This document shows, in pieces, positions 46,049 through 55,558 of a stretch of 64,000 nucleotides of DNA. Every line of letters starts with the position of its first letter. The stretch's first letter is position 1. Source of the stretch: an uncultured Gammaproteobacteria bacterium. GTDB lineage: Bacteria > Patescibacteriota > Patescibacteriia > 2-12-FULL-60-25. The position numbers and the translations under genes are program-made. Location of the stretch: assembly GCA_964582475.1 (NCBI GenBank), contig CAZOQS010000004.1:63489-127488 (forward strand), given 5' to 3'. Below the pieces are notes generated by a model, which worked only from the letters and a program-made list of their open reading frames with translations, was not told where the DNA came from and made no database searches.

Positions 46049-46873
46049 ATGCCAGAGCTTCCAGAGGTGGAAACCATCCGCCGCCAACTCGATCGACACT
46101 TGCGTGGGGCGATCATTAAAAAGATTGAATTATTTCGCACGGGTCGTGAACGTCCTGCGGGGAAGGTATTTGTTGATGCACTCACCGGCCAGGCGATTCG
46201 TTCTATCGATCGACGCGCGAAGCTTTTAATTTGGCGGCTTAAGAGCGATCAAGCGGTCCTCGCGCATCTGAAGATGACGGGGAAGTTCCTGTTTGTAGAT
46301 CAGGAGTATGAGATAACTAAGCATGATGCGATTCGGTTCACGTGTGAGGACGTGCAAGGAAAAGAGCTTTTTCTCGTCTGGAACGATGTACGTAAATTTG
46401 GGTTTATGGAGCTCGTATCGGCGGAGGAGCTAAAAGCGAAGCTTGAAACATATGGTCCAGAACCGCTCGAAGCTACAACGCAGATGTTGGCTGACTGTTT
46501 GCGAACGCCAAAAACGCGCCTCCTGAAAGCGGCGCTCCTCAATCAAGCCTGTATCGCGGGGATCGGGAATATCTACGCCGATGAAGTCTGTCATCGCGTA
46601 GGAATTCATCCTCGTCGTACGTTAAGGGCGTTATCTGAGGCAGAACGACTTCGCTTAGCGGAAGCGATTCAGGCGGTTCTGTTAGAGTCGCTTAATCAAC
46701 GTGGAACGAGCGCGCATACGTATATGGATACGTCCGGTTCAAAAGGAGGCTTTCTGTCATTCCTTCGGGTCTATGGTCGAGAAGGGGACCCGTGTCGTAC
46801 GTGTGGCACCCCGATTGAAAAATTCCGCTTAGTTCAGCGAGGAACGCACGTCTGCCCTACGTGCCAATCTTAG
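46049..46873 (+). CDS. mutM: Formamidopyrimidine-DNA glycosylase
   Basis: MPELPEVE N-terminus, H2TH region, C-terminal zinc finger CRTCGTP...CPTC. Confidence 0.94.
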   Translation: MPELPEVETIRRQLDRHLRGAIIKKIELFRTGRERPAGKVFVDALTGQAIRSIDRRAKLLIWRLKSDQAVLAHLKMTGKFLFVDQEYEITKHDAIRFTCEDVQGKELFLVWNDVRKFGFMELVSAEELKAKLETYGPEPLEATTQMLADCLRTPKTRLLKAALLNQACIAGIGNIYADEVCHRVGIHPRRTLRALSEAERLRLAEAIQAVLLESLNQRGTSAHTYMDTSGSKGGFLSFLRVYGREGDPCRTCGTPIEKFRLVQRGTHVCPTCQS

Positions 46874-46915
46874 GCAGATCAAAAAAACACGCTGAGCTGC
46901 TATACTTGATTAGCT

Positions 46916-47857
46916 ATGTTAGGTCGTACCCTCGTCCCTCTTTTTTCTGCGCTCCTGCTTCTAGGATCTGTACAAAGCGTGTCAGCCGCTTTATACGATG
47001 CTTCCATTGGTTCGAATGATGTTTCTTTTTCGCCCGAAGAATTGATTTTGGGAGACGCGACCCGTATTTATGCAACGATTTCAAATGCGGGTGAACGAGA
47101 TGTAGAGGGGACCGTTCGTTTTTATGACAATGATACCTTGATTGGTGCGAAGCCTTTTTCCATTCGTGCGAACCTTCGACCGGAAGACGCTTGGGTTCGT
47201 TGGTCGCCGCAAGCGTATGGATCTCATACGATTCGAGTGGTTGTGGACAATGATCCTGTCTATACAGATGGAACTCCTGCAAATAACACCGTAACCGTGA
47301 CCGCTTTCGTTGATCGAGATACGGATCGGGATGGGGTTCCGGATCAGCAGGATGAAGATCGCGATAATGACACGATCTTGAATCGTGATGAGGTGACGCG
47401 TGGAACGGATCCGTTTAATCGAGATACAGACGGGGACGGCGTGGATGACGCGAAGGATGTCTTTCCGCTGGATTCGAAGCGATCAGTGACGCCGCCTCCA
47501 GTCCCGACATCAACGGCAAGGGTGGTGGCGCCTGTTCCCACGCGTCCTCGTGTTGCCGCACCTACCCCAACGGTTACTCAGGCACCTACGGTACGGAATG
47601 TGGTGCCTGCACCGAGTTCGTTAACGATACCCGCCACAAGCTCACCTCTGATCCTTGAACCAACCTCTACTGTGGTGATGGTTGAGGTTACATCGACGCC
47701 TGCGCTCCCCGTGATGGAGCCAGTCGCGCCTCTTGCCGTTTCTTCGACACCGACAAGTTCTGCGTCATCAAATCCCTGGAATGCTATTTTAGCTGCAGCG
47801 GCTGTTCTTTCTGCTGGTGCGGCGGGAATGTTTGTCTGGCTTGGCCGCAGGTCCTAG
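46916..47857 (+). CDS. Secreted, C-terminally anchored surface protein: CARDB-like domain + thrombospondin type-3 Ca-binding repeats + Pro/Thr stalk
   Basis: Signal peptide. DRDTDRDGVPDQQDEDRDNDT...DTDGDGVDDAKD repeats. C-terminal TM AILAAAAVLSAGAAGMFVWLGRR. Confidence 0.7.
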   Translation: MLGRTLVPLFSALLLLGSVQSVSAALYDASIGSNDVSFSPEELILGDATRIYATISNAGERDVEGTVRFYDNDTLIGAKPFSIRANLRPEDAWVRWSPQAYGSHTIRVVVDNDPVYTDGTPANNTVTVTAFVDRDTDRDGVPDQQDEDRDNDTILNRDEVTRGTDPFNRDTDGDGVDDAKDVFPLDSKRSVTPPPVPTSTARVVAPVPTRPRVAAPTPTVTQAPTVRNVVPAPSSLTIPATSSPLILEPTSTVVMVEVTSTPALPVMEPVAPLAVSSTPTSSASSNPWNAILAAAAVLSAGAAGMFVWLGRRS

Positions 47858-47862
47858 CTGCT

Positions 47863-48693
47863 ATGGATCGATCGTTGGGCCGCCTGCTTGTGTTAGCGTC
47901 ATGCATCGTGTTGTTTGGTGTTGGTTGCGAAAAGCTAGTCCCAGTTACCTTGCCGGTCGTATTGCAGCGCTCAGCGACAACGACGGCGACGGGCGCACCG
48001 CCGAGTGCGGTGATTGGCTGGAGTGCGCGTGGGCCGGGGGTTGATCGGACAGCTTTTCGTTTTTCGACTTCAACAGCCAGTGAGGTGGTTATCTATCGTT
48101 TCTCCCGTACGAAGCATACCTTTGGTTTTCGTCATTCAACCTCAAGTGCCGCCGTCTCTGAATGGATGGGTCGGGAGTCGGAGGCACTGTTTGCTGCGAA
48201 TGGCGTATATTTTCATGAAGACGAACTTCCAAGCGGATGGTTTCGAACCGAAGGGAAGGTCATAGGGGCACGCTCGTTTGATGCAGATAAGAGTGCGCTC
48301 CTTGTCTTGGAGCCAAATCCAACGATTCTCGTAAACACCTCAGAGCAAAAAGCGGCGAAGCAAAAAGCTCGGGACGCGGCCCAAAGTTTCCCCCTTCTCA
48401 TTTCAGGCGGAGTCGCGGCGGTTAAAGAAGACTCGGGAAAGGTCGCGCGTCGGACCTTCGTGGGGACGGATAAAACGCAAGAATATCTCTATGTTGGGAT
48501 TGTTCCGTACACGGGCATCTCTTTGTATGAACTAAGTCAGGCGCTGACACGTCTTCCTGTCCGCTGGGAAGCGGTCTTGAACTTGGATGGGGGGCCTTCG
48601 TCGGGTATAGTTTTCAGGGCGCCAGACCAGTCGGAAACGATCGATAGTTATGTGACCGTTCCGAACGTTCTGGTCATCCATCCAAAAAACTAG
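47863..48693 (+). CDS. Phosphodiester glycosidase family protein (DUF2233/NAGPA-like), lipoprotein
   Basis: Lipobox LFGVGC. Motifs LLISGG, RTFVGTD and NLDGGPSS. Confidence 0.7.
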   Translation: MDRSLGRLLVLASCIVLFGVGCEKLVPVTLPVVLQRSATTTATGAPPSAVIGWSARGPGVDRTAFRFSTSTASEVVIYRFSRTKHTFGFRHSTSSAAVSEWMGRESEALFAANGVYFHEDELPSGWFRTEGKVIGARSFDADKSALLVLEPNPTILVNTSEQKAAKQKARDAAQSFPLLISGGVAAVKEDSGKVARRTFVGTDKTQEYLYVGIVPYTGISLYELSQALTRLPVRWEAVLNLDGGPSSGIVFRAPDQSETIDSYVTVPNVLVIHPKN

Positions 48694-48696
48694 CGC

Positions 48697-49341
48697 ATGT
48701 TTTCTACGCTGACACACCATCTGTTGGCTCTGAGTCAACAAGTTCCGTTGCCCGTTTTTACAGCGGTCGGCTCTTTTATTGAAGAAGTTATTTCGCCCCT
48801 CCCGAGTCAGGCGATCATGGTCTTTGGCGGATCATTGGCGCGAGCAGCGCGAACGGGTCAGGTTATGCTGGCATTTATGGCCGTGACGGGCGCGATTGGA
48901 AAAACGCTGGGTTCGCTCCTCTACTATGTGTTCGCGGATAAGATCGAAGACATCATCGTGCCCCGCTACGGAAAATACGTTGGGATCAGCCATGAGCAAC
49001 TTGAACAGGTGGGAAAGAAATTAGGTCGGGGATGGGGGGATGATGTCGCGTTGTTTCTTCTCCGTCTTATTCCGGCTGTTCCGAGTAGCCCGGTTTCGGT
49101 GGCGTGTGGGTTGATCAAGATTGATCTCCGAACATTTATCGTAACCGCACTTCTCGGGTCTTTCTTCCGCAACTGGATGTATCTCTTGATTGGATTTTAT
49201 GGATGGGAAGCGTACCATCGCTTTCTGCGGCCTTTTTTGCCGTACCAACGATACGCTATTCCCGCTCTGTTGCTCGGCTGTATGGGGCTCGCGATCTGGG
49301 GATACCGTTACTGGCAACGAAAGAAGCGATTGTCGGTTTAG
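48697..49341 (+). CDS. DedA/VTT-domain membrane protein
   Basis: Four to five TM helices with a DedA-like pattern (LLRLIPAVPSSPVSVACGL). Confidence 0.7.
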   Translation: MFSTLTHHLLALSQQVPLPVFTAVGSFIEEVISPLPSQAIMVFGGSLARAARTGQVMLAFMAVTGAIGKTLGSLLYYVFADKIEDIIVPRYGKYVGISHEQLEQVGKKLGRGWGDDVALFLLRLIPAVPSSPVSVACGLIKIDLRTFIVTALLGSFFRNWMYLLIGFYGWEAYHRFLRPFLPYQRYAIPALLLGCMGLAIWGYRYWQRKKRLSV

Positions 49342-49357
49342 TTCCGGATAGTTTATC

Positions 49358-50923
49358 ATGGTCCTATCTATGGACGCGTCCTTTGCAGCTACCCCCGTCT
49401 CACTTACGCCATCAGATCTTCGCGCATTGATGGAGAAGTTGTCTCAAGGATCGCTGACGCCCTTTCAGGCATCTGAACAAGCCTTGGGTGGTGAGGTATT
49501 GCTGACGCGAGATGCGGAATTATTTTTTGGAGAGGCACTGAAACACGGAGGTGCTCAAGTAGCGAATTTAATCGTCGACCATCTTTCCGTCTTGCGTGTT
49601 GGACATACGTCAGCATCAACCGCGAAATATTTAGGGAATCTCCTGCTCGATTATTCAACGGATCCAGATGTGAGTCGGAAGATTCTGGCTTGGTATCCTG
49701 ATTTTATCGATGTGCCAGCAATCCTTGAGCATCTTTCGATTCAGGATGAACGGGACCTCTCATTTTATCAGGAGTTATTTCGTCGACTCATTCGTGAGGG
49801 TGATAGCTATTCGGCGGGGGATCGTATTTCCAAACTGCTTGTTGCTGTCTTGAAACTTGCACCAGCCTGGATCGGTCGTCTACTGTCCGCGCTTGATCAA
49901 GTTCAGACGGAGATTGATTTAGAGCCATTTTTAAAGATGGCGGCCGAAATTGGTACCGCAAAAGAGGAGATTTATGAGCAGCTTCCGCTTATTGGACGGG
50001 TTGCGACTCAGCGAATGCGTTTGATGGATTGGGTCTTCCGTGTCTACCCGGAGCGGCGTATAGAGGCGCTCGGTAGAATCCTTGAACAAGCTCGCTTCAC
50101 TTCCATGAATGCGGAAGATGCCTTTGTTTCGCTTGCGCGTGGATTAAATACAAAGGATCTGCCTGCATTTACTCAGCTGCTTGAACGCTATCGAAAGCAG
50201 GAGGACTGGCCGCGGAAAGTGGTGATTGAGCTGCTCTACAATCCAAATATCCCAATGGAAGAGCTCGTTGACTCACAGCGTTCTTTTTCGCTGTATCGAA
50301 ATGTCATCAACTGTCTTTCCGACCTCTTGGATCGTACATCAGACGGAGATCGGTCACTCGATATCAAGCGCCTCCTCACGCGAATTGTCGATGATACAAA
50401 TTTCGGGACCTTGGACGTGACAACCTACAGTGCGCTCCTGTATGAAGTTTCACGTCGCAAGGGACAAGGAGATTTAAACCCGTTACGTATCTTGCTTCTG
50501 GAACGGATCGATTTCAAACACGCGACAATTTTTCATTCAGCCTTTTTTGAAGCGCTTCGAGGGTACTTTATTGAACCGATGCATGCGCAGCGTATCTTAG
50601 AAAAAATCGTCCGATATGGAAAATATCCGTTTCATGAGACGGATTTCCTCCTCCAACTTCTGGAGTGTGTAGACCAAGAAGTCTTTGCGAACTTTACGTT
50701 ACGGTATAGCCAAGCCCTTTTTGATACGGCCTACACGGCAGAGCGTTTCTACTTAGCTCTTGCGGGTACGCTCCCTGAGCGTTTTGCGCCGGTATATATG
50801 TTCCATCGAAAGATCTTTAAGCGTTCCTTCGCCAAGTATTCTGATACCGACAAGACGATTTACAAACTGTGTTGGCCGTATCTCTCGTTCGGTCAACGAT
50901 TCAAGGCGTTTATCTTTGGTTAG
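49358..50923 (+). CDS. Large all-helical cytoplasmic hypothetical protein
   Basis: 521-aa uninterrupted ORF with host-like composition. No recognisable motif. Confidence 0.6.
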   Translation: MVLSMDASFAATPVSLTPSDLRALMEKLSQGSLTPFQASEQALGGEVLLTRDAELFFGEALKHGGAQVANLIVDHLSVLRVGHTSASTAKYLGNLLLDYSTDPDVSRKILAWYPDFIDVPAILEHLSIQDERDLSFYQELFRRLIREGDSYSAGDRISKLLVAVLKLAPAWIGRLLSALDQVQTEIDLEPFLKMAAEIGTAKEEIYEQLPLIGRVATQRMRLMDWVFRVYPERRIEALGRILEQARFTSMNAEDAFVSLARGLNTKDLPAFTQLLERYRKQEDWPRKVVIELLYNPNIPMEELVDSQRSFSLYRNVINCLSDLLDRTSDGDRSLDIKRLLTRIVDDTNFGTLDVTTYSALLYEVSRRKGQGDLNPLRILLLERIDFKHATIFHSAFFEALRGYFIEPMHAQRILEKIVRYGKYPFHETDFLLQLLECVDQEVFANFTLRYSQALFDTAYTAERFYLALAGTLPERFAPVYMFHRKIFKRSFAKYSDTDKTIYKLCWPYLSFGQRFKAFIFG

Positions 50924-50926
50924 GAT

Positions 50927-52669
50927 TTAGTAGTTTGGAATGCAGGCCTCCAATTGTTCGAGTGTAGGTGGAGCGACGCTGTCTGTACGCGAAACGTTTC
51001 TGAGTTCCTGGCGAATGGAATCGGCTCGTCGTCTGGCGCCTGGGACCCCTCCACGACACCCAAGCTCAACGAATTTTTCAAGGAAGCAGTCGATGCGCTC
51101 GCTTTCGCTCGCACCTGAATGAGAGCGACAAGCCTCGAGCACGATTCCAAATCCGGCACCGCATCTTCCCGGGTTATTTGCGACGGTTGCCCACATGGCT
51201 TGGCCATAGGACGAACGAAAACCATGACTTGCGGCGGCTCTCACTCGCTGAGAGTATTTTTCGTACGAGTCTTGGAGCTGGGCGAGTGCGAACGCTCTCG
51301 TTGGGAGTGCAGTCTGAAGCATGTTTCGATAGTCCGCATTGCAAATAAACCCACGATCCGTCTGATTGGATGCGCAGAGTGCAGAGGCGGACGTGTCACG
51401 ATTGTTTCCGGCGGTCACGACGCGATTGTAAACAGCCGCATCTTTTTGTTGAAGTTTCCGCATTAATTGAGGGAGGTTTTGCTGCATATACCCTAAAATT
51501 CCGTAGGTACCTCCATCGAGCCCTTCAAGCGATCGGAACGTCTTTCCGGTACAGTTCCCAGTAACGGAAGCGAGGAATTGTCCATAAGAACCACCACATC
51601 TGCCAATTAGCGCTGGACAGGCGGGATCTGGACCTCCAACGATTGTGGTACCGCAGGAGACTTGGCTTTGGCAGGCAGCACACCAGACGGTGCTGTTGTT
51701 TGGTCGTGGTCGAGCGGCAAGTGTTTGCCGGCAAAAGCGTGCGGGCCCGGCTCCTGTCGCAGTCCCGGTCGCGCCTTCTTCGGCTGAGCGATCTGGGTCC
51801 GCATCTCTAGCGATGCTGTCATAGGCACTGTCGTCGGATGGTGGTATCGCTTGAACATGCTGGACGCGAACCGGATTCATTTCGACCAGCTTCGGATTGA
51901 TCGTCTTCAAGATCAAGAAGCTACTAAGAAGAACTACCAGCCCAATAAAGGCATCTTGGATAATCGTTTTCCCATCAGACACACCCGGAGCAGAAGCCGA
52001 CAGCATGTAGCGGAACCCTCCATAAACAATCATGATGGCTGCCAAAATCGCACCTAATCCAACGGATAGGCGATAAATACCCGAGATGTATTGCGCGAGA
52101 TAGGGGACGCTAATAATGCCACCCTCCTCGGTTGCGGGGGTGAAACGAACACCCGGGATTGGTACGGCGGGGTTTGGTGGGATGGGGGTGAATGGGCGTT
52201 GGGCGGCAGGCTCTGTTCCGCCCGCAATCGCCTCATCTGCCGGACTTTGGACCGTTGTTGTTGGAGGAGTGGTTGGGGGTGTTGCAGGAGGTGTGGTTGT
52301 GCCGGCTGCAGCGGCCCTTGTCGCACAGCTCGCCCGAACGGGATTGCTTCCGATCGCTCGATTGAGGCTTTCTGCAAACGACGGTTCACAGGCTCTGGAG
52401 ATCGTACAGCTAAAGACACTAGGATCAAATCGACCACTTAAAGGAGCGTTTTCGCAGCCTGAGCGTGCTTCTGATCGCTGGTCGCTGGTCGCTAAACTAG
52501 CAAGTTCGCTTGGAGACCTGCCTGAAACTATACCCGTCCCGGTGATGGTACAGAGACAGCTCGACGCTTGCGCGAACGCGAGACCAGGTATGGTCAGGCC
52601 GATAATCAAAAATGAGAGGGTCGAGACGGCGAGAAGATCCCTCAGACGCTTACTCCAATGAAGAGGCAT
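50927..52669 (-). CDS. Secreted Cys-rich protein with a central VirB2/TrbC-like (CPR 'T4SS pilin'-type) two-TM module and a large C-terminal domain
   Basis: Signal/TM at the N-terminus. PATPPTTPPTT linker. YLAQYISGIYRLSVGLGAILAAIMIVYGGFRYMLSA...AFIGLVVLLSSFLILKTINPKLV. C-terminal region of about 290 aa with LEGLDGGTYGILGY. ATG at 52669. Confidence 0.6.
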   Translation of the reverse strand: MPLHWSKRLRDLLAVSTLSFLIIGLTIPGLAFAQASSCLCTITGTGIVSGRSPSELASLATSDQRSEARSGCENAPLSGRFDPSVFSCTISRACEPSFAESLNRAIGSNPVRASCATRAAAAGTTTPPATPPTTPPTTTVQSPADEAIAGGTEPAAQRPFTPIPPNPAVPIPGVRFTPATEEGGIISVPYLAQYISGIYRLSVGLGAILAAIMIVYGGFRYMLSASAPGVSDGKTIIQDAFIGLVVLLSSFLILKTINPKLVEMNPVRVQHVQAIPPSDDSAYDSIARDADPDRSAEEGATGTATGAGPARFCRQTLAARPRPNNSTVWCAACQSQVSCGTTIVGGPDPACPALIGRCGGSYGQFLASVTGNCTGKTFRSLEGLDGGTYGILGYMQQNLPQLMRKLQQKDAAVYNRVVTAGNNRDTSASALCASNQTDRGFICNADYRNMLQTALPTRAFALAQLQDSYEKYSQRVRAAASHGFRSSYGQAMWATVANNPGRCGAGFGIVLEACRSHSGASESERIDCFLEKFVELGCRGGVPGARRRADSIRQELRNVSRTDSVAPPTLEQLEACIPNY

Positions 52670-52676
52670 ACGCGTA

Positions 52677-53933
52677 TTACAAACGCATCTTAATGAGCTG
52701 ACCGCTATTTCCATCTGTTACAAAGGCGGATTGCCCATCGCCTGAAACGCGCACTGCACGCACGGCTACGTTAGGGCCTGGATCGCCAAGTGGAGTGACT
52801 TGTCCATTTGCAAGATCGAGTTTGAAGAGTGTATCTGGGCCGACATCGAACAATGTTCGTTGTAAACCAGCTCCATTTGGCATTTCCTTTGGAACGCCAC
52901 AGATAACCGTTGTTCCATTTGCCCATGTGCATTTGTCTGCCCAGGTTTCGATACTCATACGTCGACGATTCGCGTTCACTTCATCGCCCGAGGCGCCACT
53001 CAACCAGAGAGAGGGGCGATAGCCTTCGTCACCGCTCCATACGCTGTACAGGAGCTGGGATCCATCCGGGGACCAATTTGGAGTAAAGCCACGTCCTTCC
53101 ACGATGAGACCTTTAAAATTCTCCTGATTTTTTCCGACGAGTAAAATCTGTTCACGATTTGCGCCCATGGCTTCGCCTGTTCGAGAAAAAGCGACGGTTT
53201 GGTTGTTCGGTGCCCAGCTTACCAATACCTTGTCCTGGTTATTCCCAAGTTCCTCAATTGGACGAGGTTCGGATCCGTCGCTGCCGGCAACGATTAAGAA
53301 GCGGTTGGTTGGGTTGCTCCCTAAGCTTTTGGCTACAATTTGATCATCGTCAGGGGAGAATTGAAGCTCTTGCCAATAGCGGGGGATGGTCGTTTGTTTG
53401 TCTTGGGAGAAGTCGTAGATCACCTGATTTCCATCTGGGAAGCCTAATACAGCTTTCTCGCTCTTGTTTCCCCAAGTGATGCGATCAACGTTTGGGAAAA
53501 CAGTTTCAGACAACGGAACCTTTGTTCCATCATCGAGGATAGAGTAAAAACGTCCATCATTTGGATCATAAAAACGAATCGCGTTTCCACCGCCTTTCGT
53601 TGTTGCGATAGGGAGGCGTACGTCTTGAGCGATTACCGACACGCGTGGCGCATCTGGTAGAAGCGAGTTATCCGGAAGCGTTGGAATTTCTCCTAGATCC
53701 ACCGATCCCGTATTCTGGGCCGGTTGGAGGCTTCCATCGCCCAAATTTCCAATCGTACCAGGCGTGCCATCCTGTGCACGTGGAAGGGAATTCCCTGTTC
53801 CAGGTAGTTGTGTTCCGGGAGTCTCCGTTGGTCGGATCGCTCGGAAAAAGAGCAGATACAACACCGTCGCGATCCCTACGACCGCGAGTATGAAGAGGAA
53901 CACAAAGAGCAGCTTCTTGCGACGTTCGTCCAT
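52677..53933 (-). CDS. Membrane-anchored TolB-like beta-propeller (PD40 repeats) protein
   Basis: N-terminal TM LLFVFLFILAVVGIATVLYLLFF. Repeats of the type SPDDDQIVAKS, WAPNNQTVAFS and WSPDGSQLLYS. Confidence 0.7.
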   Translation of the reverse strand: MDERRKKLLFVFLFILAVVGIATVLYLLFFRAIRPTETPGTQLPGTGNSLPRAQDGTPGTIGNLGDGSLQPAQNTGSVDLGEIPTLPDNSLLPDAPRVSVIAQDVRLPIATTKGGGNAIRFYDPNDGRFYSILDDGTKVPLSETVFPNVDRITWGNKSEKAVLGFPDGNQVIYDFSQDKQTTIPRYWQELQFSPDDDQIVAKSLGSNPTNRFLIVAGSDGSEPRPIEELGNNQDKVLVSWAPNNQTVAFSRTGEAMGANREQILLVGKNQENFKGLIVEGRGFTPNWSPDGSQLLYSVWSGDEGYRPSLWLSGASGDEVNANRRRMSIETWADKCTWANGTTVICGVPKEMPNGAGLQRTLFDVGPDTLFKLDLANGQVTPLGDPGPNVAVRAVRVSGDGQSAFVTDGNSGQLIKMRL

Positions 53934-54006
53934 AGATACCCGAAGTATAGCACGGTTACGCGTGCTTCAATATGCCTCGGAAGTGAATTGTGGTTTTGTT
54001 TTCTTT

Positions 54007-55416
54007 TTAGATACTCAAGTCGCCTGTTGAGGGACGAGTTCCACGATAGCCGCCACTACTTCCACCGCTGCGGCGACCTCCAAAGCGAGAGGAAGATGGT
54101 CGTGAAGATGATGAGCCTCCTTGGCTTGAGCCATACGAAGAGGAAGAACGGGATCCGTATGAACGGCCAGAAGATGGGCGTCCGTTACTACCGCCTCGAC
54201 TTCCTCCGTAACTTGAACCGCCTCCACGTTGTGGATAGCTTGGACGATCGTCGTAACTTGTGTCAGACATCGAAGGCATTGGAGGCAATACGGGCAAGGT
54301 GGGTAGAGGACTGACAGGGAGTGGAAGACGAATCAAGCGCTCAATCATGCGGACATCGCGTAATTGATCAGGTGTTGCAAATGAAATAGCTTTTCCAACG
54401 GCACCAGCACGGCCTGTGCGACCGATGCGGTGGACGTAGTCTTCGGCTTGGTCTGGTAAATCAAAGTTGATGACAAGCTCGATGCCCTTCACGTCAATTC
54501 CACGAGCAGCGATGTCGGTTGCAACAAGGACGCGGTAGCTGCCAGTGCGGAAACCCTGAAGAGCTGTCTGACGTTGAGCTTGTGTACGATCGGAGTGAAT
54601 TTCAGCGGCCGTGTGACCAAGAACGCGAATCGAGCGGGTCAGCTTGCGGGCTCCGTGCTTCGTACGAGAAAAAATCAGGGTTGAGCCGCGGTGCTCCTGA
54701 AGAATTTTGGAAATGAGGCGCAACTTTTCTTCTTTGCGTACAATGAAGAGCTCTTGGGTCACGCCTTCGGCGGTTGTGCCTTGGCGCGCAATTTCAACCT
54801 GAGTTGGCTGCTTCATGTACTTGCGGGCGATCTGAATGATGTCCGTAGGCATCGTCGCTGAGAACAGCATGGTCTGGCGATCGGCAGGGATCGATTCAAA
54901 AATGCGCTTCAACTGAGGAGCGAAGCCCATATCAAGCATGCGGTCCGCTTCGTCCAGTACAAGAATTTTGAGATCACTCATACGGAGCGAGCCTTGTTCC
55001 ATGTGGTCAAGAAGACGACCTGGGGTCGCGATGATCACGTGTGGAGCGTTGCGAAGCGAGTGCAGCTGACCTCCCATTGGGACGCCACCGATCAATACGG
55101 CTGTGCGCAAGCCAATCGATGCACCTACTTTTTTGATGGATTCATCCACCTGAACAGCGAGTTCACGGGTTGGAAGAAGCACGAGGCCGCGTCCTTTGTG
55201 CTGCGCGAGACGCTGCAACATTGGTAAGCCGAAGGCGAGTGTTTTACCTGTTCCTGTTTGGGCGATCCCAACAATATCGTTGCCTTCCATGGCAACCGGA
55301 ATCGCTTGGCGCTGGATCGGGGTAGGTTCTTGCATCCCAAGCTTGCTGATGATCTCGAGCAAGGCGGGGGCGATTCCAAGGCCATGGAATCCGGTGGACG
55401 ATGAAGGGGTCGGCAT
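54007..55416 (-). CDS. DEAD-box ATP-dependent RNA helicase with an RGG/Ser-rich C-terminal tail
   Basis: Q motif, AQTGTGKT, DEAD, SAT and HRIGRTGR. Tail GGGSSYGGSRGGSNGRPSSGRSYGSRSSSSYG... Confidence 0.95.
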   Translation of the reverse strand: MPTPSSSTGFHGLGIAPALLEIISKLGMQEPTPIQRQAIPVAMEGNDIVGIAQTGTGKTLAFGLPMLQRLAQHKGRGLVLLPTRELAVQVDESIKKVGASIGLRTAVLIGGVPMGGQLHSLRNAPHVIIATPGRLLDHMEQGSLRMSDLKILVLDEADRMLDMGFAPQLKRIFESIPADRQTMLFSATMPTDIIQIARKYMKQPTQVEIARQGTTAEGVTQELFIVRKEEKLRLISKILQEHRGSTLIFSRTKHGARKLTRSIRVLGHTAAEIHSDRTQAQRQTALQGFRTGSYRVLVATDIAARGIDVKGIELVINFDLPDQAEDYVHRIGRTGRAGAVGKAISFATPDQLRDVRMIERLIRLPLPVSPLPTLPVLPPMPSMSDTSYDDRPSYPQRGGGSSYGGSRGGSNGRPSSGRSYGSRSSSSYGSSQGGSSSSRPSSSRFGGRRSGGSSGGYRGTRPSTGDLSI

Positions 55417-55558
55417 ATATTGGGGGAGTCTATCAGAAAACGCGAATTTTGTCTAGTTTTAGCCAACAGTTCGCTTTTAAAGACGATTATCCCCAAGGCA
55501 TTTTGCCTTGGGGATAAGTCGTCCTTGATCGAGAATGTTTTATTTTAGCTAGTTCTGG

